IMG/VR virus record: IMGVR_UViG_3300043399_000170
Coordinates: 1 to 63,236 of that record
Reading direction: 5' to 3' (one strand)
DNA length: 63,236 nt
Source: a virus
Taxonomy: Duplodnaviria > Caudoviricetes
Part shown: one piece after another, positions 8,303 to 16,399 of the stretch
Numbering within the stretch: position 1 is the first letter of the stretch
Layout of the letters: each line of letters begins with the position of its first letter
Notes under the pieces: model-generated
What the model was told of the DNA's origin: nothing
What the model saw: the letters and a program-made list of their open reading frames with translations, nothing else
The model's database searches: none
Made by a program: the position numbers and the translations under genes

Positions 8303-8382
8303 TGGATGCCCTGCTCTACTTCGCCTTCATGGGCGCTGGCATTGCCGCCCTATTTTACTTCGTACCTTCACAACACGGCTAA
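8302..8382 (+). CDS. Putative 26-aa membrane peptide
   Basis: Coupled GTG start; MDALLYFAFMGAGIAALFYFV. Confidence 0.4.
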   Translation: MDALLYFAFMGAGIAALFYFVPSQHG

Positions 8383-8397
8383 AAGGAGAAACAGCCA

Positions 8398-8694
8398 ATG
8401 AACAAGACCAAGATCAACCGCCTTCTCAATGAAGAGCATACCGTGACAATGGATGGATGCGCCTTACTCGTACTTACCCGAATTCTGCTGGACGCAGTGT
8501 CACGCGACGAAGAACTAGCAGAAACGCTCGACGCCGGAAATGTAACACAAGAGAATGCGGATGCTCTCTCTATGAGGAGTCGCATGATGTTAAGCGCCGG
8601 GGCATACCTTGCAGTCGCGGCAATAGATATCTTCGGCGAGAATTACATGCGGGAGATCTTCGAAGACGAACGCAATATCCCGGTTATCAACTAA
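8398..8694 (+). CDS. Hypothetical protein
   Basis: AAGGAG RBS. Confidence 0.7.
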   Translation: MNKTKINRLLNEEHTVTMDGCALLVLTRILLDAVSRDEELAETLDAGNVTQENADALSMRSRMMLSAGAYLAVAAIDIFGENYMREIFEDERNIPVIN

Positions 8695-8790
8695 TGCTGG
8701 GCTTCTTACTCATGGCGGGCTGGGTAGTTATATACTTGATCGAAAGGGAGTGACACTCGCCGCTGGGCTTTCGGGGTTTCAAAAATATAT

Positions 8791-8822
8791 AAGGCCGGGG
8801 CTGCGTCTTCCCCGGCCTTTTT
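8791..8822 (+). terminator. Intrinsic terminator ending the early operon
   Basis: AAGGCCGGGG-loop-CCCCGGCCTT followed by T-run, between convergent genes. Confidence 0.8.
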
Positions 8823-8878
8823 GCTGTCTGCCATCTGGGTGGATGGAGCGTCAACAGCACCCTATTACGCGGGCCGCG

Positions 8879-9277
8879 TCATCCGGCGTTTGCCGAATCT
8901 CTTTTCTGGATTTCACCAGCCAATGCACCATAAGCAACAAGATCCACATAACTATCTTTATGACCCGGCGTCTCAACGAGGCGCGATATTTTAAGAAAAA
9001 CCATACACAACGCGACTTGATGTGGTTTAACCTCAACGCCAAGTATCTCTGACCACCCCGCTGCAATTCTTTTGTGCATTGCGTATGCGTCACCATAATC
9101 ACGAGCCCGATCACCATCGATCAGATCTCCCGCAGCCTTCAAAAGCTCCTGCCTCATTCCTATCATACAAGATTCGTCCTTCGCTTGCCGGGCATCTTCA
9201 AGGATGGTTACCATCGCTGGCGCATCAATCGTCATCGGAGCGTTCATCATCTCTCCTATATCCCATGTGCCACGCAA
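8879..9277 (-). CDS. DUF6378-like phage protein (start probably nearer 9157-9166)
   Basis: GDRARDYG...RIA..WS...LKISR...DSYVD..YGA. Confidence 0.8.
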   Translation of the reverse strand: MRGTWDIGEMMNAPMTIDAPAMVTILEDARQAKDESCMIGMRQELLKAAGDLIDGDRARDYGDAYAMHKRIAAGWSEILGVEVKPHQVALCMVFLKISRLVETPGHKDSYVDLVAYGALAGEIQKRDSANAG

Positions 9278-9551
9278 TCATCGACAAGTACCGCCCCGTC
9301 TTCAGAACGGCCTCCTCCGGCAGAGAGGGGAGCGCTAGATGCAGCGCCTCATGAAGCACAGTCTCCAGCCTCACACGGCCCTGTAGACCGCTGTCAATCT
9401 CAATAATCGGCTCGTCTGGAGCCACCTCGCCCGGTTCTGTAAACATCAAGTGAGTCGCCAGTCCATCTGCACCATGCCGCCGAAGCGGCCTCTCGATAAT
9501 CTTCGGCAGCCTTCGCAAGTCGATAAGGCCATTTTTTCGAAACCCCGGCAC
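9225..9551 (-). CDS. Small HExxH (zincin-like) protein
   Basis: LETVLHEALH...EEAV. Confidence 0.6.
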   Translation of the reverse strand: MPGFRKNGLIDLRRLPKIIERPLRRHGADGLATHLMFTEPGEVAPDEPIIEIDSGLQGRVRLETVLHEALHLALPSLPEEAVLKTGRYLSMIAWHMGYRRDDERSDDD

Positions 9552-9553
9552 AA

Positions 9554-9790
9554 TTAGCCACCATCAAGATGAAGGTTCAACCTATGGTGGATTCGCGTAA
9601 TGTGGTACAACGTTTCAGGGATATCTATCGTCGAGACGCACTCGTAAGTGTTCGTCAGCTTGTTGCGACCGATCATGATCAATTCGGAGTAGCGATCCTT
9701 CGCCGCCTCCATGATCGTTTCCGGCGTCACATCAGGCTTGTCGCCCTCGACAACAGTTGTGCCGGGAAAATTAACGATGTTATCGGTCAT
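9554..9790 (-). CDS. Hypothetical protein
   Basis: Start MTDNIVNFPG, ATGA-coupled to the upstream gene. Confidence 0.7.
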   Translation of the reverse strand: MTDNIVNFPGTTVVEGDKPDVTPETIMEAAKDRYSELIMIGRNKLTNTYECVSTIDIPETLYHITRIHHRLNLHLDGG

Positions 9791-10590
9791 TGCATACCAC
9801 CCCGAACTTCCGCAGATCGCTTCAAAAGCTCCGCCAAATGCCCAAGAGAACCTTGGAACCCAAAGCTGCCATGATGGGTCGTCTCCGCCAAACCAAGCAG
9901 CCAAACATCGCCCCCAAGCTCACGCCACTTGTTACAGAAGTAGAAATCCTCGGACAAATGACGGCCATTGACGATCTCGCTCTTGAAGTAGGCATGAACC
10001 ATAGAGCCCTTACCAAGAACGAAGTGCCGGGGGTTGTCTGACTTGTAAGTATTCTCTGGGAATGCCTCACGCATCTTCTCAAAGACTCGGCGATGGATCA
10101 TCATGATGCCTGTGCCGACCTCAGCAACCTTGACGACATTGCCAGTCTGCGGAAGATCCTTGATCGGCTGGAAGTTAAATTCACCAGCAAACTTCATCAG
10201 GATCGCAGGGTCTTCACATCCGAGACGAACACCCTCAATGATCGCGGCCCAATTTAAACCCTTCTTCGAGCAGGGAATGCCGATAACATCCTTACCTTCA
10301 TCAAGCAGCGCCAAAATGTCATCGGGGTTGAACTGAATATCACCGTCGATGAACACCAGATAATCCTGCTTGCTCTGCGTCAGGAATTCGTGAACGAGCC
10401 CATTACGAGCCCTGTCAATCAGGCTCTCATTGACCATGAAGCAATGCTCGAAGTCGATGCCGCGCTGCACACACTTCTCCTGAAGGCGAAGAATACTGGT
10501 GACAAACATCGCGTGGCACATGCCGCCATACATCGGAGTGGCAAGCATGAAACCCTTACGCGGCTTATTCTCTTTGGCTTTATTTTTCAC
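9787..10590 (-). CDS. GT-A fold glycosyltransferase-like protein, copy 1
   Basis: ATPMYGG, ESLIDRARN, FIDGD (DxD), GTG.M.I.R.VF, LSEDFYFC. Confidence 0.8.
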   Translation of the reverse strand: MKNKAKENKPRKGFMLATPMYGGMCHAMFVTSILRLQEKCVQRGIDFEHCFMVNESLIDRARNGLVHEFLTQSKQDYLVFIDGDIQFNPDDILALLDEGKDVIGIPCSKKGLNWAAIIEGVRLGCEDPAILMKFAGEFNFQPIKDLPQTGNVVKVAEVGTGIMMIHRRVFEKMREAFPENTYKSDNPRHFVLGKGSMVHAYFKSEIVNGRHLSEDFYFCNKWRELGGDVWLLGLAETTHHGSFGFQGSLGHLAELLKRSAEVRGGMQ

Positions 10591-12317
10591 AGCTTGAACC
10601 CCTCATCCGCTTCATAATCCTGCTGCATTTCATCGTAGCGAGTCGTGCCGACATTGTAAAGCAGATTCGTTTGACCCTGCTTACCAACCCAAGCAAAACG
10701 GCATTTCCAGATATGGATTTGAGCAATCGTTGGCTCATCCTTTTCGCGGTGGACAGTAAGCCCGCAGTCCGCTTTCGCAAACCATGCCGCAGATCCAGAA
10801 ATATCAAATCCGCCGGGTGGAGGAATGCGGCCATCAGCACCTCTCTGCATTTTTGTTGGATGCGCAACAAACCAAATATGTATTCCATGCGCCATAGCAA
10901 AAGCCTTGACCTTGGTGAGCATATCCGAGATCCACTCTGTTTCGCTTGTCTCTCGGTTACCACGGCTAATAAAATTGTAGGGGTCAATAACAGCCCCACG
11001 AATCCCAAAACGAAGAATAGCGACACGCAAACGATCCAAAATACTGTCAAGATCAGCGAGACTGCCATCGTCTTGATGCACAAACGCAAAGTGTTCGTTA
11101 ACGAAGTTAAATGCGGCACGGGCTTCCTCCTTGTTCATTCTCCTGTGATGCCCCTCGAAGAAATGAATCCCCGCCCGCTTCGCCATCAGCTTGGCGATAT
11201 GAAAACGCGGTTCATTCTCAAAGGAACAAATACCAAACTTCCAGCCTTTCAGCGAAGCCAGATTCACCATAACCTGATCAATGAACTCGCTCTTCCCGCT
11301 TGAAGGAATGCCCGTAACGATAGTGACCTGACCCGGTACGATGGTGTAGAGATCATCAACGCTTTCGTAACCTGTAGACTCTCCCTTACCAGCGCCCTTG
11401 TCGTATAGCTCCCATACCAGATCCCCGAAGCGCTCGGCATCGTACAAGCCTTGGACGGGCCATGCGATCTGCTCGGAAACCGCCTTCCTAAGACCTTCTG
11501 TGCCGTGCTTAAGAAGCACATCATTCGAATCTTTCGAACCTTCAGGGAAGGTGATGCGCCAGCAGCGCTCTTTACCCACTCGCCGCGCAATCTCCTCAGC
11601 AAGTGCCTCTCCGGGCGCGTCTGCATCCGTTGCGATAACAATCCTCTTAGCTGCATCGACATACTCCTTCGCGTCCCACAGGAATCGGAACTTGTTGTCT
11701 TCCTTGGGATCGATCCGCCCCTCGGTGACCTTCATCCCGGCACCATTCGGCACAGAGATAGCCTTGATGCCAGCCTCAGCCAGCGCCAGCACATCCATCT
11801 CGCCCTCTACAATGACGAGATCCTCACCCTTCTTGATGCGCTCCAGACCGAAGAAAGATGCGGGGCCGTTGGTGCAGGCGAAGCCCTTCTCGGCCAGCTT
11901 GCGATGCTTAATTGCTTCGGGCTTTCCATTCTTATCGAGGTACAAGAAGCCGAGTGCCGGAACGCCACGGTAATCATCACCAACCAACTTGAATTGTGCC
12001 GCAGTCGCAGCGGAGATCCCGCGTGCCGAAAGAAATTCATAGTGCCGCTCATCGAGGCTGTCGTACTCAGCCACGGCCCGCATTGGTTTGCGGTCTTCCA
12101 TTTTTGCATACCTCGTATTCGATTCTTGCAACCATACGACCCCGGATGCCCCACAGTCACCGTGGTGACAGCTATAGAGGATGGATTCGTAACTCCGGTT
12201 CACGGAGAGACAAGTATCGTTCTTCTTTTTGCGATTAGGTGAACACCACGGGCATGTGTATCTGCGCTGCCCTAGCTTGGTGTTATTTATCAGCCACTGC
12301 TCTTGATAAGAGGGCAT
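10587..12317 (-). CDS. Primase-helicase (T7 gp4 / Twinkle-like)
   Basis: Zn finger CPWC..CHHGDC; TOPRIM IVEGEMD and DADAPG; Walker A GIPSSGKS; VAHP. Confidence 0.95.
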   Translation of the reverse strand: MPSYQEQWLINNTKLGQRRYTCPWCSPNRKKKNDTCLSVNRSYESILYSCHHGDCGASGVVWLQESNTRYAKMEDRKPMRAVAEYDSLDERHYEFLSARGISAATAAQFKLVGDDYRGVPALGFLYLDKNGKPEAIKHRKLAEKGFACTNGPASFFGLERIKKGEDLVIVEGEMDVLALAEAGIKAISVPNGAGMKVTEGRIDPKEDNKFRFLWDAKEYVDAAKRIVIATDADAPGEALAEEIARRVGKERCWRITFPEGSKDSNDVLLKHGTEGLRKAVSEQIAWPVQGLYDAERFGDLVWELYDKGAGKGESTGYESVDDLYTIVPGQVTIVTGIPSSGKSEFIDQVMVNLASLKGWKFGICSFENEPRFHIAKLMAKRAGIHFFEGHHRRMNKEEARAAFNFVNEHFAFVHQDDGSLADLDSILDRLRVAILRFGIRGAVIDPYNFISRGNRETSETEWISDMLTKVKAFAMAHGIHIWFVAHPTKMQRGADGRIPPPGGFDISGSAAWFAKADCGLTVHREKDEPTIAQIHIWKCRFAWVGKQGQTNLLYNVGTTRYDEMQQDYEADEGFKL

Positions 12318-12512
12318 TTAACCCTCCGCTACGGCTGCTTCCTCAATCATGCCCTGACCATGAATAGGGCATTCGCGGCTCATCCAGAAGGCAATTAGCA
12401 GTTCACCTTCATTTGAGGAAATTGGAAACCCGCGACCGTTTCTGTTGTCCATCACCGGACACTTGCAGCCCTGCTCGATAGCTTCGTCGCTTCCGGGGTT
12501 AGGTTTATTCAT
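12318..12512 (-). CDS. Small Cys-containing phage protein
   Basis: AAGGAGG RBS; PNPGS.EA..GC.CP..DN..CPIHG. Confidence 0.75.
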   Translation of the reverse strand: MNKPNPGSDEAIEQGCKCPVMDNRNGRGFPISSNEGELLIAFWMSRECPIHGQGMIEEAAVAEG

Positions 12513-12529
12513 TGCCGTCCTCCTTAAAG

Positions 12530-12950
12530 ACAAGCAACCATAGCAAACTAGCTACCAACTAGCAACCACTAATTATACCCTTGAGTTCAGCAAGTTAGAT
12601 TGGGTTAGGACGATAAATAGCAGAGCAACCTCACTTTTGCTGTGAGGTTGTTCCGCCCTGTCAACTATACCCTTTGAGACGAGCCGTTGAGTCGGGGTTT
12701 CGCTTAGGCACCTAACGAAACTTTGCAGCCACTTACTAGCGCCTGTGCCGCGCCAGCTATCCCCGCTTCTGCATTTCGGACTGCGGTTGCCTCTGTGGAT
12801 AGTACCCGTGGTAAAGGCAGAACAGCGCACCCCACCGTTGTTTTCCCCGTCGATGCGCTGGTAGATCGCTATATCGTCGCCTGCACGAGCGGATTTGCTG
12901 AACCCCGCCACCAGAACTACAGACTACCACGGCACATCGAAATATGTCAA
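12530..12950 (-). promoter_or_regulatory. Promoter plus long hairpin-rich leader or candidate replication origin
   Basis: TTGACA(12950)-N18-TAGTCT; several inverted repeats; short TAGC(A/T)ACCAAC-like repeats at 12533-12572. Confidence 0.45.
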
Positions 12951-13306
12951 GCGCGGTCCTTGTCTATGTCTCCGGTATGTAACTCTATGAAACTCCTCAC
13001 AGAAAAGCGGAACTTCATCGCCAAGTGGAATGCACGCTTTCGGTTCTTGTCGCGTAAAATCTTGATAATTAAGGCTTTTATCAGGATGTGGTCAACGCCT
13101 GCGGCCCCGCAGACAACCTCGAAGTCCTCGTCTTCGATCCAGTCCGAGACCTCCTTTCGAATCGCCTTGTTCTTTGACGCAGCGTCAATAACCGCTTGTG
13201 CGGTTACATGTAACCACAGGACGCGCTCAGGCTGTAGGATCGGATCCGGCATGGACTCAAGAGGCTTGTATGCACTCTGCGCATGTCTGCTATTATCATT
13301 TTGCAT
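12947..13306 (-). CDS. Hypothetical protein
   Basis: PERVLW..V..QAV.DA...DFEVVC..AG motif. Confidence 0.7.
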   Translation of the reverse strand: MQNDNSRHAQSAYKPLESMPDPILQPERVLWLHVTAQAVIDAASKNKAIRKEVSDWIEDEDFEVVCGAAGVDHILIKALIIKILRDKNRKRAFHLAMKFRFSVRSFIELHTGDIDKDRA

Positions 13307-13658
13307 AGATCTTCTCTACAGTAATTTCTGCGCGGGGGCAATCCTTGTCCAAGCCCCAGAACAAATGCTGCTCCTTGAGGGCGCGGTCATTCTGGTAAAT
13401 GCAGCCTTGCATCAGATCAAAGATGAGCGATGGGTCGAGGTCTGGCCTGCGTGAGGCGTAGTAGATCTTGATTGTCACGCGCAGATCGCCGTCCATGAGC
13501 GGGTCTAGTACGGGGCATTGCTTCTTGAACTCGGCGCTGTAGTCCAGAGCCTTCTGGCTCTTGATGAAGAACTTGCCTGTCCATCGTCGGCTGTTCGCTT
13601 TGGAGGCTGGCTCGCCGAGGATTGTGAAACTGACGGTTGACGGGCTTTCTGAAGTCAT
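13296..13658 (-). CDS. rusA: RusA-like Holliday junction resolvase
   Basis: GEPASKANSRR...RRPDLD...D.MQG.IY.ND...PRAEI. Confidence 0.85.
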   Translation of the reverse strand: MTSESPSTVSFTILGEPASKANSRRWTGKFFIKSQKALDYSAEFKKQCPVLDPLMDGDLRVTIKIYYASRRPDLDPSLIFDLMQGCIYQNDRALKEQHLFWGLDKDCPRAEITVEKIYAK

Positions 13659-13672
13659 GTATCGAAGGGTCC

Positions 13673-14575
13673 ATGAAGCTGACAAACAGGCACGGCATTC
13701 CCGAAACAATCGTTCGCGCTATAGCCGACGATGAATACGACAAAGGCGACTCCGTCCTGTCGGTGACGCAGTTGATATCGCCACCGCGCATAGTAGTATT
13801 GCAAAAATTGAATGAACACAACCTAGAGGCTGATGTTGCTGACAGAGTGCCGTCACTGCTCGGTACGGCAGTGCATAAGATCATCGAGAAGGGGTCAAAA
13901 GACATCCCCGGTCACATCATCGAGGAGCGACTTTTCGCCACGATCCTTGGGTGGAAGATTTCCGGTGCCGTCGATTTGCAGATTGATAACGGCGACGGTA
14001 CTTGGTCCATAAATGACTACAAAATAACCGGAGTTTATTCCGTTCTCAGCAATAAACCTGAATGGGAACAACAGCTTAACTGCTATGCATATCTTGCAAG
14101 GTTGACATGCGGCAGGCGCGTAACGAGTCTGAAGATCATTGCGATCCTTCGTGATTGGCAGCGCAAACAGGCGGAGATAAAGCCCGATTATCCTTCGTCG
14201 CAGATCGTTGCCGTTGATATTCCGGTGTGGTCGGACGAGCAGCAGGAGGCTTACGTCACCGAGCGCGTGGCTCTTCACCAAGCCGCAGAGAAAGCTGTTG
14301 ACAATGGTAGCGGCCTTGCCTATTGTACAGATCAAGAGCGCTGGGTTCGAGGAGAAGTCTGGGCTCTTATGAAGGAGGGGCGCAAAAGCGCCGTTAAGCT
14401 ATATGACAACGAAGTCGAAGCAAACGAAGCAGCAAGACTCGCCGGAGCAGGACACTCAATCCAACACCGTGCCGGAGTTGCTACACGCTGCTCAGGCAAC
14501 TACTGCCTTGTCTCAGCATGGTGCCGACAATGGCAAGAAGAACTTAGCCGCTGCGCTGGCGAAGGCTCAGGCTGA
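13673..14575 (+). CDS. PD-(D/E)xK exonuclease (Cas4/RecB-like, C-terminal Cys cluster)
   Basis: GTAVH, SGAVDL, DYK, QLNCY, RC..YC.V..WC. Confidence 0.85.
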   Translation: MKLTNRHGIPETIVRAIADDEYDKGDSVLSVTQLISPPRIVVLQKLNEHNLEADVADRVPSLLGTAVHKIIEKGSKDIPGHIIEERLFATILGWKISGAVDLQIDNGDGTWSINDYKITGVYSVLSNKPEWEQQLNCYAYLARLTCGRRVTSLKIIAILRDWQRKQAEIKPDYPSSQIVAVDIPVWSDEQQEAYVTERVALHQAAEKAVDNGSGLAYCTDQERWVRGEVWALMKEGRKSAVKLYDNEVEANEAARLAGAGHSIQHRAGVATRCSGNYCLVSAWCRQWQEELSRCAGEGSG

Positions 14576-15002
14576 ATGCCAGAATGTAGTGATGAACAAG
14601 ACCAATCCGCACTTCCGTTCTCGTTATGCAGATCTTGCTGCGGTGCGCGATGCGATTATCCCGGTGTTTAATAGGCACGGGCTGTCGATCATTCAGGCCC
14701 CGACAACAGATGGATTCTCTGGATTTAGCCTTGAAACGAGGCTGATGCACGAGTCCGGGGAGTATCTCATCTACAACTTCCCACTGCCCGCTGATGTAAA
14801 CAAGATGCAGGCCGTTGGTTCGGCAATCTCATATGCTCGGCGCTATACTTTGAGCGCCATAGCCGGGGTTGCCTCGGAGGAGGATGACGATGGCAACGCG
14901 GCGACGAATCCCAATGGTGGGGGATTATCCACAGGTCGTAGTGCCGGTGGAGGAGCCAAGTCTGAGGGTAGCTCTTCAGGTTCGGGCGGAATTATCCTCT
15001 GA
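14403..15002 (+). CDS. erf: ERF-family single-strand annealing protein (start uncertain)
   Basis: NPHFRSRYADL...GSAISYARRY.L.AI.GV...DDDGN. Confidence 0.9.
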   Translation: MTTKSKQTKQQDSPEQDTQSNTVPELLHAAQATTALSQHGADNGKKNLAAALAKAQAECQNVVMNKTNPHFRSRYADLAAVRDAIIPVFNRHGLSIIQAPTTDGFSGFSLETRLMHESGEYLIYNFPLPADVNKMQAVGSAISYARRYTLSAIAGVASEEDDDGNAATNPNGGGLSTGRSAGGGAKSEGSSSGSGGIIL

Positions 15003-15216
15003 GGATGATGCGAAGGAGTTCGACTGGGAGGCATATGCGGGGCTTATGATAGCCGCATTGATTGTGCCTCGCAGTACGGATGCTCTGGTTGATTACTGGA
15101 AGGCCAATGCCAATATGCTGGATTGGGCGAAGAAGGTGAAGCCAGAGATTTACGAAAGGATACGGTTGGCGTTCGCTGATCGTAAGAAGCAACTTCAAGG
15201 AGGCCAAGATGGCTGA
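14890..15216 (+). CDS. Hypothetical helical protein overlapping the ERF 3' end
   Basis: GGAGGAGG RBS before ATG 14884/14890; YWKAN...PEIY...F.DRK. Confidence 0.6.
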   Translation: MATRRRIPMVGDYPQVVVPVEEPSLRVALQVRAELSSEDDAKEFDWEAYAGLMIAALIVPRSTDALVDYWKANANMLDWAKKVKPEIYERIRLAFADRKKQLQGGQDG

Positions 15217-15460
15217 GTACGACAATCGCAATACCTTCACGCTGTTCCGTAATACCCGGAAGCAGAAGGACACGCACCCTGACTTTAACGGCACGTTCAC
15301 CGACGAAGACGGCAACGAATACTACATGGATGCATGGAGCAAGTCTCCGAAGAATGGCGGCGAGAAGTTTCTTTCCGGCAAGATGAAGCTAAAGGCGCAG
15401 CCCGCAAAGCCTGCCGCCCGCGCAGCAGCACCTGCTATGAACGACGAAATTCCATTTTAA
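15209..15460 (+). CDS. ssb: Small single-stranded DNA-binding protein
   Basis: LFRN..K...HPDF.G...AW...FLS; acidic DEIPF tail. Confidence 0.75.
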   Translation: MAEYDNRNTFTLFRNTRKQKDTHPDFNGTFTDEDGNEYYMDAWSKSPKNGGEKFLSGKMKLKAQPAKPAARAAAPAMNDEIPF

Positions 15461-15467
15461 TTAGTTG

Positions 15468-15647
15468 CTGCTCAACATGAGCAGGGCCGGTGGGGTTTTC
15501 CTCCTTTCTCCCGCGACCGGCACTTCTCTCTCTGAACCGCTGGCTTCACTCCCATTACCAGCGGCAACTTACGACCTCGATGGTAATCCAATTGGACCCG
15601 GCAATTCGAGGCGCAACCCCGGCAACAACCTGAGCCGGGGATTTTTC
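15468..15647 (+). ncRNA. Candidate sRNA with anti-Shine-Dalgarno loops and terminator
   Basis: Five consecutive hairpins; loops UUUUCCUCCUUUC and CUUCACUCCCAUUA; last hairpin followed by a U-run. Confidence 0.55.
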
Positions 15648-15658
15648 TTGGAGGAGAC

Positions 15659-15886
15659 ATGTCAAGATCCCGAAAGAAACATCCAATCACCGGCATGACT
15701 TGTGCCGAGACTGAAAAGCAATTCAAGCAGCAAGAGCATAGCAGGGAACGAGCAGCAGTACGTGATGCCCTGCGAACTGAGAAGGAAGTGCTTCCGCACC
15801 CGAAAGAGTTTGGCGATCCGTGGGACGGACCCAAGGATGGGCGTCAGATTAGGCCAGCAGATGATAGGAAAGCGAGACAGAAATGA
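15659..15886 (+). CDS. Conserved small basic phage protein
   Basis: GGAGGAG RBS; MSRSRKK.P...WDGPKDG. Confidence 0.75.
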   Translation: MSRSRKKHPITGMTCAETEKQFKQQEHSRERAAVRDALRTEKEVLPHPKEFGDPWDGPKDGRQIRPADDRKARQK

Positions 15887-16377
15887 TCACGCAGGAAAGG
15901 TTGAAAGAGCTTCTGCATTACGACCCGGAAACTGGGGTCTTTACAAGGCGCAAGAGTTTCGGAGGCATGTTTGCTGGGTCTGTCGTTGGGAGCCCGGACA
16001 AGGATGGGTATCTTCAAGCATCGATTGATTACAAAAAGTATAAACTGCATCGACTTGCATGGTTTTACGCAAACGGTGAATTCCCGTTGGCTCAAATAGA
16101 TCACATAAATCGCGATAAAAGCGATAACAGCTTGAAGAATCTTCGCATCGCCACGAATGCGGAAAATGGGCAAAATCTACCAAAGCGCAAAAGCAACAAA
16201 AGCGGAAATACTGGCGTTGGATGGTGCCAACGTGAAGGTAAGTGGCGAGCCCGGATTGGAGTAAACAACAAAGATATTTCTCTTGGCTACTACTCAACGA
16301 GTGAAGACGCAATTGCGGCAAGGACGATTGCAAAAGCGAAGTATCACACTTTCCACTCTGAAGATACCAAAAATTAA
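15883..16377 (+). CDS. HNH-AP2 homing endonuclease, copy 1
   Basis: YDPETG, HRLAW.Y, IDHIN..K.DN..NLR, GV.W...KWRA.I. Confidence 0.9.
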   Translation: MITQERLKELLHYDPETGVFTRRKSFGGMFAGSVVGSPDKDGYLQASIDYKKYKLHRLAWFYANGEFPLAQIDHINRDKSDNSLKNLRIATNAENGQNLPKRKSNKSGNTGVGWCQREGKWRARIGVNNKDISLGYYSTSEDAIAARTIAKAKYHTFHSEDTKN

Positions 16378-16399
16378 AAGCAGAAAGGAACCATGAAAA

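Noticed and set aside
12723-13454. 243-aa plus-strand ORF
   Set aside because: Opposes two credible minus-strand genes; no motifs
13673-14575. Cas4-like nuclease as a sign of a CRISPR system
   Set aside because: No array or other cas genes; its context with ERF and SSB indicates a recombination exonuclease
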